A stretch of 55,186 nucleotides of DNA from a virus (Duplodnaviria; Caudoviricetes): positions 1 through 55,186 of IMG/VR virus record IMGVR_UViG_3300030104_000268; one strand, written 5' to 3'. Shown here piece after piece: positions 23,631-32,494 of this stretch. The stretch's first letter is position 1, and the number at the start of each line of letters is the position of its first letter. The notes below the pieces were generated by a model. The model was not told the origin of the DNA. It saw only the letters and a list, made by a program, of their open reading frames with translations, and searched no databases. The position numbers and the translations under genes are program-made.

Positions 23631-25221
23631 CACACCACACTTAGCCTGTCCATTTGAGGACTGTGGTTCTAGTGATGCTTTCAACTGGAATGATGAGGGT
23701 TATGGCTACTGTCATTCCTGTGGTAACTCATACCCAAGTAAGGAACCCACATTTGATTGGGCAAAAGAAGAATACCCAGTAAAAGAGAGGAGAAATATTA
23801 TGGATGTACCCATCAAGAGTATGACCTTTGAAGGTATACGGGGCATCAAACCAGAGGTCTGTCAGGTGTATCAGATACAGCTACAGTTGGGTGAAGGTGG
23901 TAAACCTATCAGGTATGCCTTCAAGTACCCACACACCACCAAGTACAGATCCTATGATGACAAAAAGAAAACCTGGCAGAAGGATGTGGGGGCTGGTATG
24001 GCCTACCTCTTTGGCCCTGAGTTTAATGCTGGTACTAGTGAACGTCTATACCTCACTGAGGGTGAATTTGATGCGGCTAGTCTGTATGAAATACTAGGTG
24101 AAAAGTTTCCTGTAAAGTCTCTACCCAGTGCATCAATTAGTAATAAGTTTCTACAACAGAACTTAAACTACTTGAAGTCTTTCAAGATGGTGGTGTATGC
24201 AGGAGAACTTGATGCAGCAGGTAGGGCAGCAGCAGACAAACTGTATGCTGTAATACCAGACAGGTTCTTCTATGCCCCAATGTCAAAGCACAAGGATGCT
24301 AATGACTTCCTTACTGCTGGTGATGGAAAGGACTTGATGTGGGCTGCTATGAAGCCACAGAAGTATTCACCTGACAACTTCTTTATTAGTGATGAGGATG
24401 TGGATACGGCTATACGAACAGAAAACCCATACTCATATACACCCACAGGACACAGTGGTATTGATGAGAAGATAAGAGGACTGGTCAAGGGTGGTCTGAC
24501 ATTCATCAAAGCACCAAGGGGTACTGGTAAGACTGAGGTGATACGTTACTTTGAGAATGGGCTGCTACGCACACCAGATACACGCATAGCCCTGCTACAC
24601 ATGGAAGAAATGAAGTCCACCACCTACAGGGCAATGGCTACCTACCACTTAGGCTGCAATGTGCGTACCAATGATGATGCGGAAGCCAACGGTGTTAGCA
24701 CTGATGATGTAGTTAAGGCTGCACAGATTGCTGCTGATACTGAAAACAACAGAACAATAATCTTTGAGATGAGGAGCCATGATGACCCGCTTAAACTTCT
24801 TGACCACACTAGGACTGCTGCTACTGTGTTTGGTGCTGACTATATATTCGTAGATCATGCCCAACGCCTTGCATACTTATCCAGCAGTGGGGTTGATGGC
24901 GCTACCAGTACACTAACTACACTATCCTCACGCATGGCACAACTGGCTAAAGAACTGAATATTGGTGTGATATTTATATCACAGGTTAATGATGATGGTA
25001 GGACTAAGTATGCATCTTCTCTTGAAGAAGAGGCAATAATATGCTTAAAGATAGACAGAGATGTTGAGTCGGAGGATGAGATAGTGCAGAACACTACCAA
25101 CTTTATAGTGGATAAGAACAGACCCTTTGCCAAGTTAGGTATGGCAGGGTCACTATACTACAATCCACAGACAACTATCCTGACTGAGGACGCACCATAT
25201 AACGTGAAGGATGCTGCATGA
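23617..25221 (+). CDS. T7 gp4-like DNA primase-helicase
   Basis: N-terminal Zn finger (CPFEDC..SDA..CHSC), TOPRIM EGEFD, Walker A GTGKT, FVDH, KNR. Confidence 0.92.
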   Translation: MAEGDTPHLACPFEDCGSSDAFNWNDEGYGYCHSCGNSYPSKEPTFDWAKEEYPVKERRNIMDVPIKSMTFEGIRGIKPEVCQVYQIQLQLGEGGKPIRYAFKYPHTTKYRSYDDKKKTWQKDVGAGMAYLFGPEFNAGTSERLYLTEGEFDAASLYEILGEKFPVKSLPSASISNKFLQQNLNYLKSFKMVVYAGELDAAGRAAADKLYAVIPDRFFYAPMSKHKDANDFLTAGDGKDLMWAAMKPQKYSPDNFFISDEDVDTAIRTENPYSYTPTGHSGIDEKIRGLVKGGLTFIKAPRGTGKTEVIRYFENGLLRTPDTRIALLHMEEMKSTTYRAMATYHLGCNVRTNDDAEANGVSTDDVVKAAQIAADTENNRTIIFEMRSHDDPLKLLDHTRTAATVFGADYIFVDHAQRLAYLSSSGVDGATSTLTTLSSRMAQLAKELNIGVIFISQVNDDGRTKYASSLEEEAIICLKIDRDVESEDEIVQNTTNFIVDKNRPFAKLGMAGSLYYNPQTTILTEDAPYNVKDAA

Positions 25222-27050
25222 TACTGTTTGATATTGAGACTGATGGTTTACTAGAGGATGTGACGAAGATACACTGCCTTTCATATACTCGTAATGGATC
25301 AGAGGTTAGGACTACTGATGACTATGACTACATGCGTAGGATACTACGCAGGGAGAAGGGTTTAATTGGTCACAATATTATACGCTATGACATTCCTGTG
25401 CTTGAGAAGATACTTGGTATAAAGATTAAGGCTCAACTGTTTGACACCCTGCCTATGTCATGGGTAGTAAACTTTGACAGGTCACGCCATGGTCTTGAGT
25501 ATTATGGTGATGACTACGGTATACCCAAGCCAGAGATTAATGACTGGAGAAACCTGACACTTGAGGAGTATACACATCGTTGTGAACAGGATGTAAAGAT
25601 AAACTGGATACTGTGGCAAGACCTACTAAAGAAGTTTATGTTCCTGTACAAGGATAACAAGTCAGAATTAAACAGGTTCTTTCTTTATCTGTCGTTTAAG
25701 ATGGACTGTGCTAGGGAAGCAGAGATGCAGGGGTGGAGACTGGATGTACGTAAAGCAAACAGTTGTATCTCACAACTGAGAGTATTACAGGAACAAAAGG
25801 TAAAAGAATTAATATCCGTTATGCCCATGCGTAAGGTTATGACTGAGAAATCTAAACCTAAAGTGATGACAAAGAAGGATGGTTCCTTATCAGCTAATGG
25901 TAAGAAGTGGTATGACCTTTTAGATGCCAATGACTTACCCCATGACTATGATAAGAAGGTAACTGTGGTTAAGGGTGTTGAACCAGCTAATCCAAACTCA
26001 TCAGACCAGGTTAAGGATTGGTTAACTTCTCTTGGTTGGCAACCATGCTACCACAAGTTTGATGGTGACAGGGCTATACCACAAGTTAGGAAGAATGGAG
26101 AGCTTACACCATCTGTAATAAGACTGGCACAAAAAGAACCAGTAGTTAATGTTCTTGAGGGATTGACCGTAATACAACATAGACTTGGTATACTAGAGGG
26201 TTTTGTATCCTGTGAACGTGATGGATATGTTAAGGCAGAGATTAGTGGACTAACTAATACTCTACGCTTTAAACACAACAAGCCCCTAGTTAATTTACCT
26301 AGTGTGGATAAGCCTTGGGGTAAAGAGGTACGTGGATGTCTGATTGCACCAGAGGGTAGTGTTCTGTGTGGGGCTGACATGACCTCACTAGAGGATACCT
26401 GCAAGCGTCACTACATGCATGACTATGACCCTGACTATGTGGCAGAAATGTCACAATCTGGATTTGATCCACATTTAGACTTGGCAAGACACGCAGGATA
26501 TGTTACACAGGGTGATATAGACAGATACAATAGGGGTGACATGCCACAACTAAAAGACTTACGTAAGAACTTCAAGGTAGTAAACTACTCTGCTACTTAT
26601 GGTATTGGTTCTGCTAAACTATCAAGAGAAACAGGTATGTCTCAGAAGGATGCACAGGTATTACTTGATGCATACTGGGACCGTAACTGGTCAGTAAAAG
26701 ATTTTGTTGAGGATCAAGAGATACGTAGCATTGGTAATGATATGTGGGTACAGAATCCAGTGAGTAAGTTCTGGCATAGCCTACGGTATAAGAAGGATGC
26801 CTTCTCTACCATCAACCAGAGTACAGGTGCATACTGCTTTGACAAGTGGGTTGCATACTACCGTGGTACTAGACCAAACATTGTAGGTCAGTTCCATGAT
26901 GAATCAATTAACGTAGTAAGAAAAGGAGAGGAGAACATGCATACAAATTATCTTCAAGAGGCTATTGAAAAGTTGAATGAAGATCTTAAATTAAATGTTA
27001 CACTGGGTATTGACATACAATACGGTAACAACTATTCTGAAATACATTAG
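25218..27050 (+). CDS. polA: Family A DNA polymerase (T7-like, Tyr at the E. coli 762-equivalent position)
   Basis: Exo I DIETDG, Exo II GHNIIRYD, motif A GADMTSLE, motif B RKNFKVVNYSATYG, motif C FHDE. Confidence 0.95.
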   Translation: MILFDIETDGLLEDVTKIHCLSYTRNGSEVRTTDDYDYMRRILRREKGLIGHNIIRYDIPVLEKILGIKIKAQLFDTLPMSWVVNFDRSRHGLEYYGDDYGIPKPEINDWRNLTLEEYTHRCEQDVKINWILWQDLLKKFMFLYKDNKSELNRFFLYLSFKMDCAREAEMQGWRLDVRKANSCISQLRVLQEQKVKELISVMPMRKVMTEKSKPKVMTKKDGSLSANGKKWYDLLDANDLPHDYDKKVTVVKGVEPANPNSSDQVKDWLTSLGWQPCYHKFDGDRAIPQVRKNGELTPSVIRLAQKEPVVNVLEGLTVIQHRLGILEGFVSCERDGYVKAEISGLTNTLRFKHNKPLVNLPSVDKPWGKEVRGCLIAPEGSVLCGADMTSLEDTCKRHYMHDYDPDYVAEMSQSGFDPHLDLARHAGYVTQGDIDRYNRGDMPQLKDLRKNFKVVNYSATYGIGSAKLSRETGMSQKDAQVLLDAYWDRNWSVKDFVEDQEIRSIGNDMWVQNPVSKFWHSLRYKKDAFSTINQSTGAYCFDKWVAYYRGTRPNIVGQFHDESINVVRKGEENMHTNYLQEAIEKLNEDLKLNVTLGIDIQYGNNYSEIH

Positions 27051-27064
27051 AAAAGGAGAATAAC

Positions 27065-27580
27065 ATGGTAGCGAGATTAGTGACAGTGAAGGGTATTGCA
27101 GAGTGGGCTAAAGTCTTCCCTGAAAACCGTGATATGGAGGGGTACGATGGTGCTTTCAGAGAGTTTGATGGTGCTTGTACTATTGACCTCATTATGCAGG
27201 ATGAAGATATAGACCGCCTAGTTGCAGCAGGTTGTGGGAGAAACCCTAAGCCAGACCCACAGGGTAGGGGTAAAAAGATTAGGTTTGAACGCAGGTTTAA
27301 AACAGCCCACGATTTTAATAGTGGCCCACCCATTGTTACAAAGGCAGACGGAACGCCTTGGGTCTTACAAGAGGATGGAATTATAGGTAATGGATCTATC
27401 GTGGAGGCAGACATTACTTTCTTTGATACAAAAAGAAAACATGCTGGCTCACGATTAGACAGGGTGAAGGTGTTAGACCACGTTGAATACAACACACAAC
27501 CCCAACAGGCAAGTAGTGGTACTCCTCCCTCTACAAATAAGCCTGAACCAGCATCATCAGGAGAACAAATACTCTTCTAG
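27065..27580 (+). CDS. Single-stranded DNA-binding protein (T7 gp2.5-like)
   Basis: IGNGS motif, flexible tail ending in Phe, position after polA. Confidence 0.7.
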   Translation: MVARLVTVKGIAEWAKVFPENRDMEGYDGAFREFDGACTIDLIMQDEDIDRLVAAGCGRNPKPDPQGRGKKIRFERRFKTAHDFNSGPPIVTKADGTPWVLQEDGIIGNGSIVEADITFFDTKRKHAGSRLDRVKVLDHVEYNTQPQQASSGTPPSTNKPEPASSGEQILF

Positions 27581-27590
27581 GTGCAAACTA

Positions 27591-27623
27591 GGGGGTGGGT
27601 TTCGTATCACTCACCCCCACTTT
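27591..27623 (+). terminator. GC-rich hairpin after SSB
   Basis: gggggtgggt...actcaccccc stem followed by a short T run. Confidence 0.5.
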
Positions 27624-27636
27624 AATAGGATAAAAT

Positions 27637-28410
27637 ATGGAAAACAAATATACAAAAACAATGTCCAACAAAGAGTACCACTTAGCACCTGGTATATCTT
27701 CCAGTGCAGTCAAGTCCGTATACAAGAAGTCTGTTGCCCACTGGAAGGGGGAGAAGCGTAACCCTGACAATCCAGCATTTGCTATGGGTAATGCAGTACA
27801 CGCTAACCTATTGGAGAAGGAACGTAACCTAGTAATCAAAGGACCAAAGACTAAGAACAGTATAACCTTTAAGGATATGAAAGAAAAACTAACTGAGGAT
27901 CAGGTACTATTAACTGAGGTTGAGTTTAATGTAGCCAACTGCATAACAAATGGTGTATTAAACAATCCACTCTGTAATAGTATCCTGAGTGATCCAGATG
28001 GCTTAAATGAGATTAGTATATTTGTAGAAGATCCTATCTCAAAACTACTACTTAAGACAAGACCAGACCGTTTACTAGGGGATACCGTGTTTGATGTAAA
28101 GACTACACAGGATGCCAGTCCATCTGGTTTTCTAAAGGATTGTGTAAAGTACGGATACTTTTTACAGGGTGCTCACTACGTCTACACTTGTCAGTTGGCT
28201 GGCTACGATGTAACAGAATTTAACTTTATAGCCTGTGAGAAGTCAGCCCCTTACATATCTCATGTACACGTAATGGGGCCAGAAATAATGGAGTGGGCTA
28301 CAGTTAAGTTACACGAGACACTAGCCGTTATTGCAAGGGCAGAGGATGCAGTAGACTATAGCACAGGGTGGGGTGACTACACTATCATTGAAAAACCCAA
28401 GTGGTTATGA
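27637..28410 (+). CDS. Exonuclease VIII/RecE-like PD-(D/E)XK nuclease (DUF3799-like)
   Basis: YH...ISSS, G.AVH..LLE, KTRPD, DVKTT, Y.LQGA.Y. Confidence 0.85.
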   Translation: MENKYTKTMSNKEYHLAPGISSSAVKSVYKKSVAHWKGEKRNPDNPAFAMGNAVHANLLEKERNLVIKGPKTKNSITFKDMKEKLTEDQVLLTEVEFNVANCITNGVLNNPLCNSILSDPDGLNEISIFVEDPISKLLLKTRPDRLLGDTVFDVKTTQDASPSGFLKDCVKYGYFLQGAHYVYTCQLAGYDVTEFNFIACEKSAPYISHVHVMGPEIMEWATVKLHETLAVIARAEDAVDYSTGWGDYTIIEKPKWL

Positions 28411-28805
28411 GCAAGTTAGCAAAACAGAAGGGTAGACTTGGGCAGAATGAGATTAGGGATAAATTACTGGAAACTTTTCCTGAGTTGGAACCTGATGATA
28501 TTAAGGGATGTGTAATGGGTGATACTGGAGAAGATATACAGTTCTCACCAGCAGCTAGAAAGATGTTACCGTTATCAATAGAAGTAAAGAGGAGAAAGAC
28601 AGGACTACAAACAGCATACAATTACATGGAACAAGCGTCCTCCCATAGTAAAGGGGAACCAGTTGTATGCTACAGATCAGATCGTAAACCTTGGCTGGTG
28701 ATGGTAGGACTAGATCACTACGCCCAACTATTAAGGAGTTGGAATGACAATAAAAGTGTGGGGAATACTAGAAGGACCAGTAAACATAAACGAAATAGAC
28801 GGTGA
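28407..28805 (+). CDS. Holliday-junction resolvase-like PD-(D/E)XK endonuclease
   Basis: KQKGR, GEDI, SIEVK, QA motifs. Confidence 0.7.
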   Translation: MSKLAKQKGRLGQNEIRDKLLETFPELEPDDIKGCVMGDTGEDIQFSPAARKMLPLSIEVKRRKTGLQTAYNYMEQASSHSKGEPVVCYRSDRKPWLVMVGLDHYAQLLRSWNDNKSVGNTRRTSKHKRNRR

Positions 28806-28989
28806 TGAAGAGGATATACCAGAAGATGCAGGTTGGTTTATGGTCTGTAAGACGGAGATTGATGGTCAGATAGAACCAGCTAATTTTTGGTTTGAAAAAA
28901 TAGATCATGCCTATGAATGGCAGAAACACTTTGCTAAATCTATAGAACCTCTGGTGGTGGATGATAAGTACAAGGAGTATATGACTTGA
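28744..28989 (+). CDS. Hypothetical protein
   Basis: AAGGAG RBS, 81 aa. Confidence 0.65.
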   Translation: MTIKVWGILEGPVNINEIDGDEEDIPEDAGWFMVCKTEIDGQIEPANFWFEKIDHAYEWQKHFAKSIEPLVVDDKYKEYMT

Positions 28990-29011
28990 AGTTAGAATAA
29001 AGGATTGACTA

Positions 29012-29200
29012 ATGCACAAAAAAGAGTATAACTTGGGTTTTCCATATGAGGTATCTATTAACATACAAGTAGACGAAGACGCAAACTTTCTAGAAGTTTC
29101 TGGAGATAATTGTAATGTAATAAAAGACTTGATTAGGTCTGCATTATATGATATAGATGATGTAACTATAACAAAATGTGAGGTAATAAAACATGACTAA
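29012..29200 (+). CDS. Hypothetical protein
   Basis: 62-aa ORF in operon. Confidence 0.55.
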   Translation: MHKKEYNLGFPYEVSINIQVDEDANFLEVSGDNCNVIKDLIRSALYDIDDVTITKCEVIKHD

Positions 29201-29399
29201 AGTAACTATTGATGATGTGGAGTATGATACTTCTGACTTTTCGGATGACCAAAACAAATGGGTAATGGAGTTACAGTACAACACCAACGTCCAACAACAA
29301 CTTAACTATCAACTTAGTTCAGTAAAGACTAGGGGTGAGATAATTGTTAATCGTCTTAAAGGATCTCTTGCCAAGGAGGAAGATGGTGCTACCTCTTGA
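29193..29399 (+). CDS. Small coiled-coil protein (KVTIDDVEYD family)
   Basis: GAGG RBS; motif common in marine phages. Confidence 0.6.
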   Translation: MTKVTIDDVEYDTSDFSDDQNKWVMELQYNTNVQQQLNYQLSSVKTRGEIIVNRLKGSLAKEEDGATS

Positions 29400-29460
29400 G
29401 AAAATAGAGAATTGGGATAAAGTGGATTTACAAATGATAGATAGTAGAACGGGGAGAACA

Positions 29461-31365
29461 ATGAATAACTACTTACCCACAGAGTATCAAGCCTTTATAC
29501 ATAAGTCACGGTATGCACGTTGGCTTGATAAAGGGAAGCGTAGAGAAGAATGGTCTGAGACAGTTGAGAGGTATATGGATAATGTCGTCAGACCAGTAAT
29601 AGGTGATGATAGTTACGTCAATAAAATACGTGACGCTATACTTGACTTGGAAGTAATGCCCTCCATGAGGGCTATGATGACTGCAGGACCAGCCTTAAAC
29701 CGTGATAACACTGCTGGTTACAACTGCAGCTACTTACCTGTTGATGACCCTAAAAGTTTTGATGAGGCTATGTTTATTCTTTTGTGTGGTACTGGTGTGG
29801 GGTTCTCCGTTGAGAGACAGTTCATCAGCAAGCTCCCCGACATACCAGACCTCTTCAATAGTGAAACCACCATTGTCGTTAAGGATAGTAAAGAAGGTTG
29901 GGCAAAAGCGTTCAGACAATTGATAGCACTCCTTTATAGTGGGGAGATACCTCAGTGGGATGTCTCCCAAGTTCGTCCTGCTGGTGCAAGACTAAAGACC
30001 TTTGGCGGTAGAGCCTCTGGCCCTGGTCCACTGGTGGATCTATTTAACTTTACTATACACACATTCAAAGAAGCACAGGGTTACAAGTTATCCAGTATGC
30101 AGTGCCATGACATCATGTGTAAGATTGGTGAAGTAATTGTCATGGGTGGTGTACGTAGGTCAGCAATGATTAGCTTGTCTAACCTGTCTGATGACCGTAT
30201 GCGTCATGCTAAGTCTGGTGCTTGGTGGTCATCTGATCCACACAGAGCACTAGCTAATAACTCTGTAGCTTATACAGAGAAGCCAGATGCAGTATCTTTT
30301 ATGCGTGAGTGGACTGCTCTAGTAGAGTCAGGGAGTGGGGAACGTGGTATATTCAACCGTGAAGCAGCTAAGAAACAGGCTGGCAAGTATAACAGGCGTG
30401 ATGCTGACTGGGACTTTGGAACTAATCCTTGCAGTGAGATTATACTTAGGCCATATCAGTTCTGCAATCTTACGGAAGTTGTGGTACGTGCCACTGATAC
30501 GATTGAGGATTTGGAGCGCAAGGTCAGATGTGCCACAATACTTGGGACAATCCAAAGCACTTACACAAAGTTCCCATACCTGCGGAAAGTGTGGCAGCGT
30601 AATACAGAAGAGGAGCGTTTGCTTGGTGTGTCACTCACAGGGATAATGGACAATAGGTTATTAACTAGTAAGAACAAAGGTTTAGATAAGACTCTTGAAC
30701 ATTTACGTGAAGTTGCTGTTAATGTTAATGCTATGTGGGCTGATAGATTGGGTATTCCCCACTCAACCTCTATTACCTGTGTTAAACCAAGTGGTACAGT
30801 CTCACAACTTGTTGACAGTGCCAGTGGGATACACCCACGTTATTCACCTTATTACATTAGAACCGTTAGAGGAGATAACAAAGATCCACTTACCACCTTT
30901 ATGAAGGATCAGGGTATACCCAATGAGCCTGACATAATGAAACCTGATAATACAACTGTGTTTAGTTTTCCAATCAAAGCACCTGATGGTGCAATAGTTA
31001 CAGAGGATCTTACGGCTATTGAACAGTTGGAGACTTGGTTAACCTATCAAAGAAACTGGTGTGAACACAAACCAAGTATTACTGTCAATGTAAAACCTGA
31101 TGAGTGGTTTGAGGTTGGTGCATTTGTACACAAACATTTTGATGAAATGTCTGGTGTATCATTCCTGCCGTACAATGAGCATACTTACCAACAGGCTCCC
31201 TATCAGAACATTTCTGCAACAGAGTACAAAAAACTTTCTAAGTGTATGCCAAAGTCTATTGACTGGAGTGAGCTTTCAGAGTATGAAGAAGAGGACACCA
31301 CCAAGTCTAGTCAGACCCTAGCTTGTACTGGTGATATTTGTGAAGTAGTGGATATAGGAGCCTAG
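29461..31365 (+). CDS. nrdJ: Class II (adenosylcobalamin-dependent) ribonucleotide reductase, monomeric RTPR type
   Basis: PSMR, YNC, GGVRRSA, TNPCSE, VKPSGT, C-terminal ACTGDIC; no nrdB partner; GGAG RBS before ATG 29461. Confidence 0.9.
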   Translation: MNNYLPTEYQAFIHKSRYARWLDKGKRREEWSETVERYMDNVVRPVIGDDSYVNKIRDAILDLEVMPSMRAMMTAGPALNRDNTAGYNCSYLPVDDPKSFDEAMFILLCGTGVGFSVERQFISKLPDIPDLFNSETTIVVKDSKEGWAKAFRQLIALLYSGEIPQWDVSQVRPAGARLKTFGGRASGPGPLVDLFNFTIHTFKEAQGYKLSSMQCHDIMCKIGEVIVMGGVRRSAMISLSNLSDDRMRHAKSGAWWSSDPHRALANNSVAYTEKPDAVSFMREWTALVESGSGERGIFNREAAKKQAGKYNRRDADWDFGTNPCSEIILRPYQFCNLTEVVVRATDTIEDLERKVRCATILGTIQSTYTKFPYLRKVWQRNTEEERLLGVSLTGIMDNRLLTSKNKGLDKTLEHLREVAVNVNAMWADRLGIPHSTSITCVKPSGTVSQLVDSASGIHPRYSPYYIRTVRGDNKDPLTTFMKDQGIPNEPDIMKPDNTTVFSFPIKAPDGAIVTEDLTAIEQLETWLTYQRNWCEHKPSITVNVKPDEWFEVGAFVHKHFDEMSGVSFLPYNEHTYQQAPYQNISATEYKKLSKCMPKSIDWSELSEYEEEDTTKSSQTLACTGDICEVVDIGA

Positions 31366-31368
31366 TAA

Positions 31369-31857
31369 ATGAAACCTTACGTTAGACCGTTTCAAAAAGA
31401 TGTGTACGATGAAGTTGATACACCATCTAAAAAAGCCTTAATAAAGGTATTGACATCAGAGGGGCATGATATTATTTCATCACATGAAAACTATTATGCT
31501 GATATTGTATCTCAAAAAGATGGGGCTACATACTATCATGAAGTAGAACGAAAAGCACAGTGGGGTAAGGACTACCTAAAGAAAAAGAAATACAAAGTCA
31601 CACCTGAAAGTGGTTGGCCTTTTTCTTGGAAAGAACTTAGAATACCAGGTAGAAAGAAAAGACTTATAGAAAAGTATAAAGACGAGATAGAAAATCTTTC
31701 CTTCTATGTTTTTAACTTTGAGTATGACAAGGCATGGAAAGTTAAAGCTACACAGATGACAGATGACACTATGCGTAGACCAGACTTTGCTAGGGTACAT
31801 AAGTCTGAAACTTTCTATCACATACCCTACACTGAAGCAGAATTATTAGAGGTATAA
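31369..31857 (+). CDS. PD-(D/E)XK-like hypothetical nuclease
   Basis: YADIV...HEVERK pattern. Confidence 0.45.
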   Translation: MKPYVRPFQKDVYDEVDTPSKKALIKVLTSEGHDIISSHENYYADIVSQKDGATYYHEVERKAQWGKDYLKKKKYKVTPESGWPFSWKELRIPGRKKRLIEKYKDEIENLSFYVFNFEYDKAWKVKATQMTDDTMRRPDFARVHKSETFYHIPYTEAELLEV

Positions 31858-31858
31858 T

Positions 31859-32137
31859 ATGTCACGTAAAACAGCAAGAGAAGTTTTTGAGGAGAAGACA
31901 AACAAGAAGTTTGATACTGTTAATAGTCCACCTCATTACACTCTAAAAGAGGGGGTGGAGTGTATAGACTACATCAAGCAAGTGTTAACAAAGGAAGAGT
32001 TCAAGGGTTACTGTCATGGCAATGTAATAAAGTATCAACACAGGCATGAGTATAAAGGCAACCCAATAGAGGATATGGAGAAAGCAAAATGGTATCTAGA
32101 AAAAATGATAGAAACAATGAAGGAACTAAGAAAGTAA
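31859..32137 (+). CDS. DUF3310 protein (T7 gp1.7-like nucleotide kinase family)
   Basis: VNSPPHY..ECID..GNVIKY..R...K..ED..KA.WYL. Confidence 0.85.
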   Translation: MSRKTAREVFEEKTNKKFDTVNSPPHYTLKEGVECIDYIKQVLTKEEFKGYCHGNVIKYQHRHEYKGNPIEDMEKAKWYLEKMIETMKELRK

Positions 32138-32316
32138 CTCCATACGATCAGGGTAAGAAGGACTTTAGTGGTGGTAGGTTAAACAATCCCTACCATCACC
32201 ACTACAACTTTAGAAGACACAGGGACTGGCAGTTTGGTTTTAACCAGGCTTACTTTGATAATTTAAAAAAGGTGAAGCAACGTGAAAAAGTTGACGAAAT
32301 TAGAGGCAGAAGCTAA
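32089..32316 (+). CDS. Hypothetical protein
   Basis: Y.QG...NPY...W..G pattern; start uncertain. Confidence 0.5.
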   Translation: MVSRKNDRNNEGTKKVTPYDQGKKDFSGGRLNNPYHHHYNFRRHRDWQFGFNQAYFDNLKKVKQREKVDEIRGRS

Positions 32317-32494
32317 GGCTTATCAGGAATTAAATAATAAAAAACCAACGAGACAAGCTAACAATCTTAGTGTTCGTAGGTACTTTGCAGGACAGGCTAT
32401 GGTTGCACTAATTATTAAGTCTCATGGTGGAGTACGTAAGGCTGACATAAAGAGGGAAGCATACGAGTGGGCTGACTACATGTTAGAGGATTAG
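32282..32494 (+). CDS. Hypothetical protein, last gene of the + arm
   Basis: RYFAGQAM...AYEWADYML motif; converges on the - arm. Confidence 0.65.
   Translation: MKKLTKLEAEAKAYQELNNKKPTRQANNLSVRRYFAGQAMVALIIKSHGGVRKADIKREAYEWADYMLED

Noticed and set aside
25218-31365. Inteins, introns or a DnaJ-type insertion in PolA or RNR
   Set aside because: Both ORFs are continuous and of normal length; no CxxCxGxG repeats or intein terminal motifs were seen.
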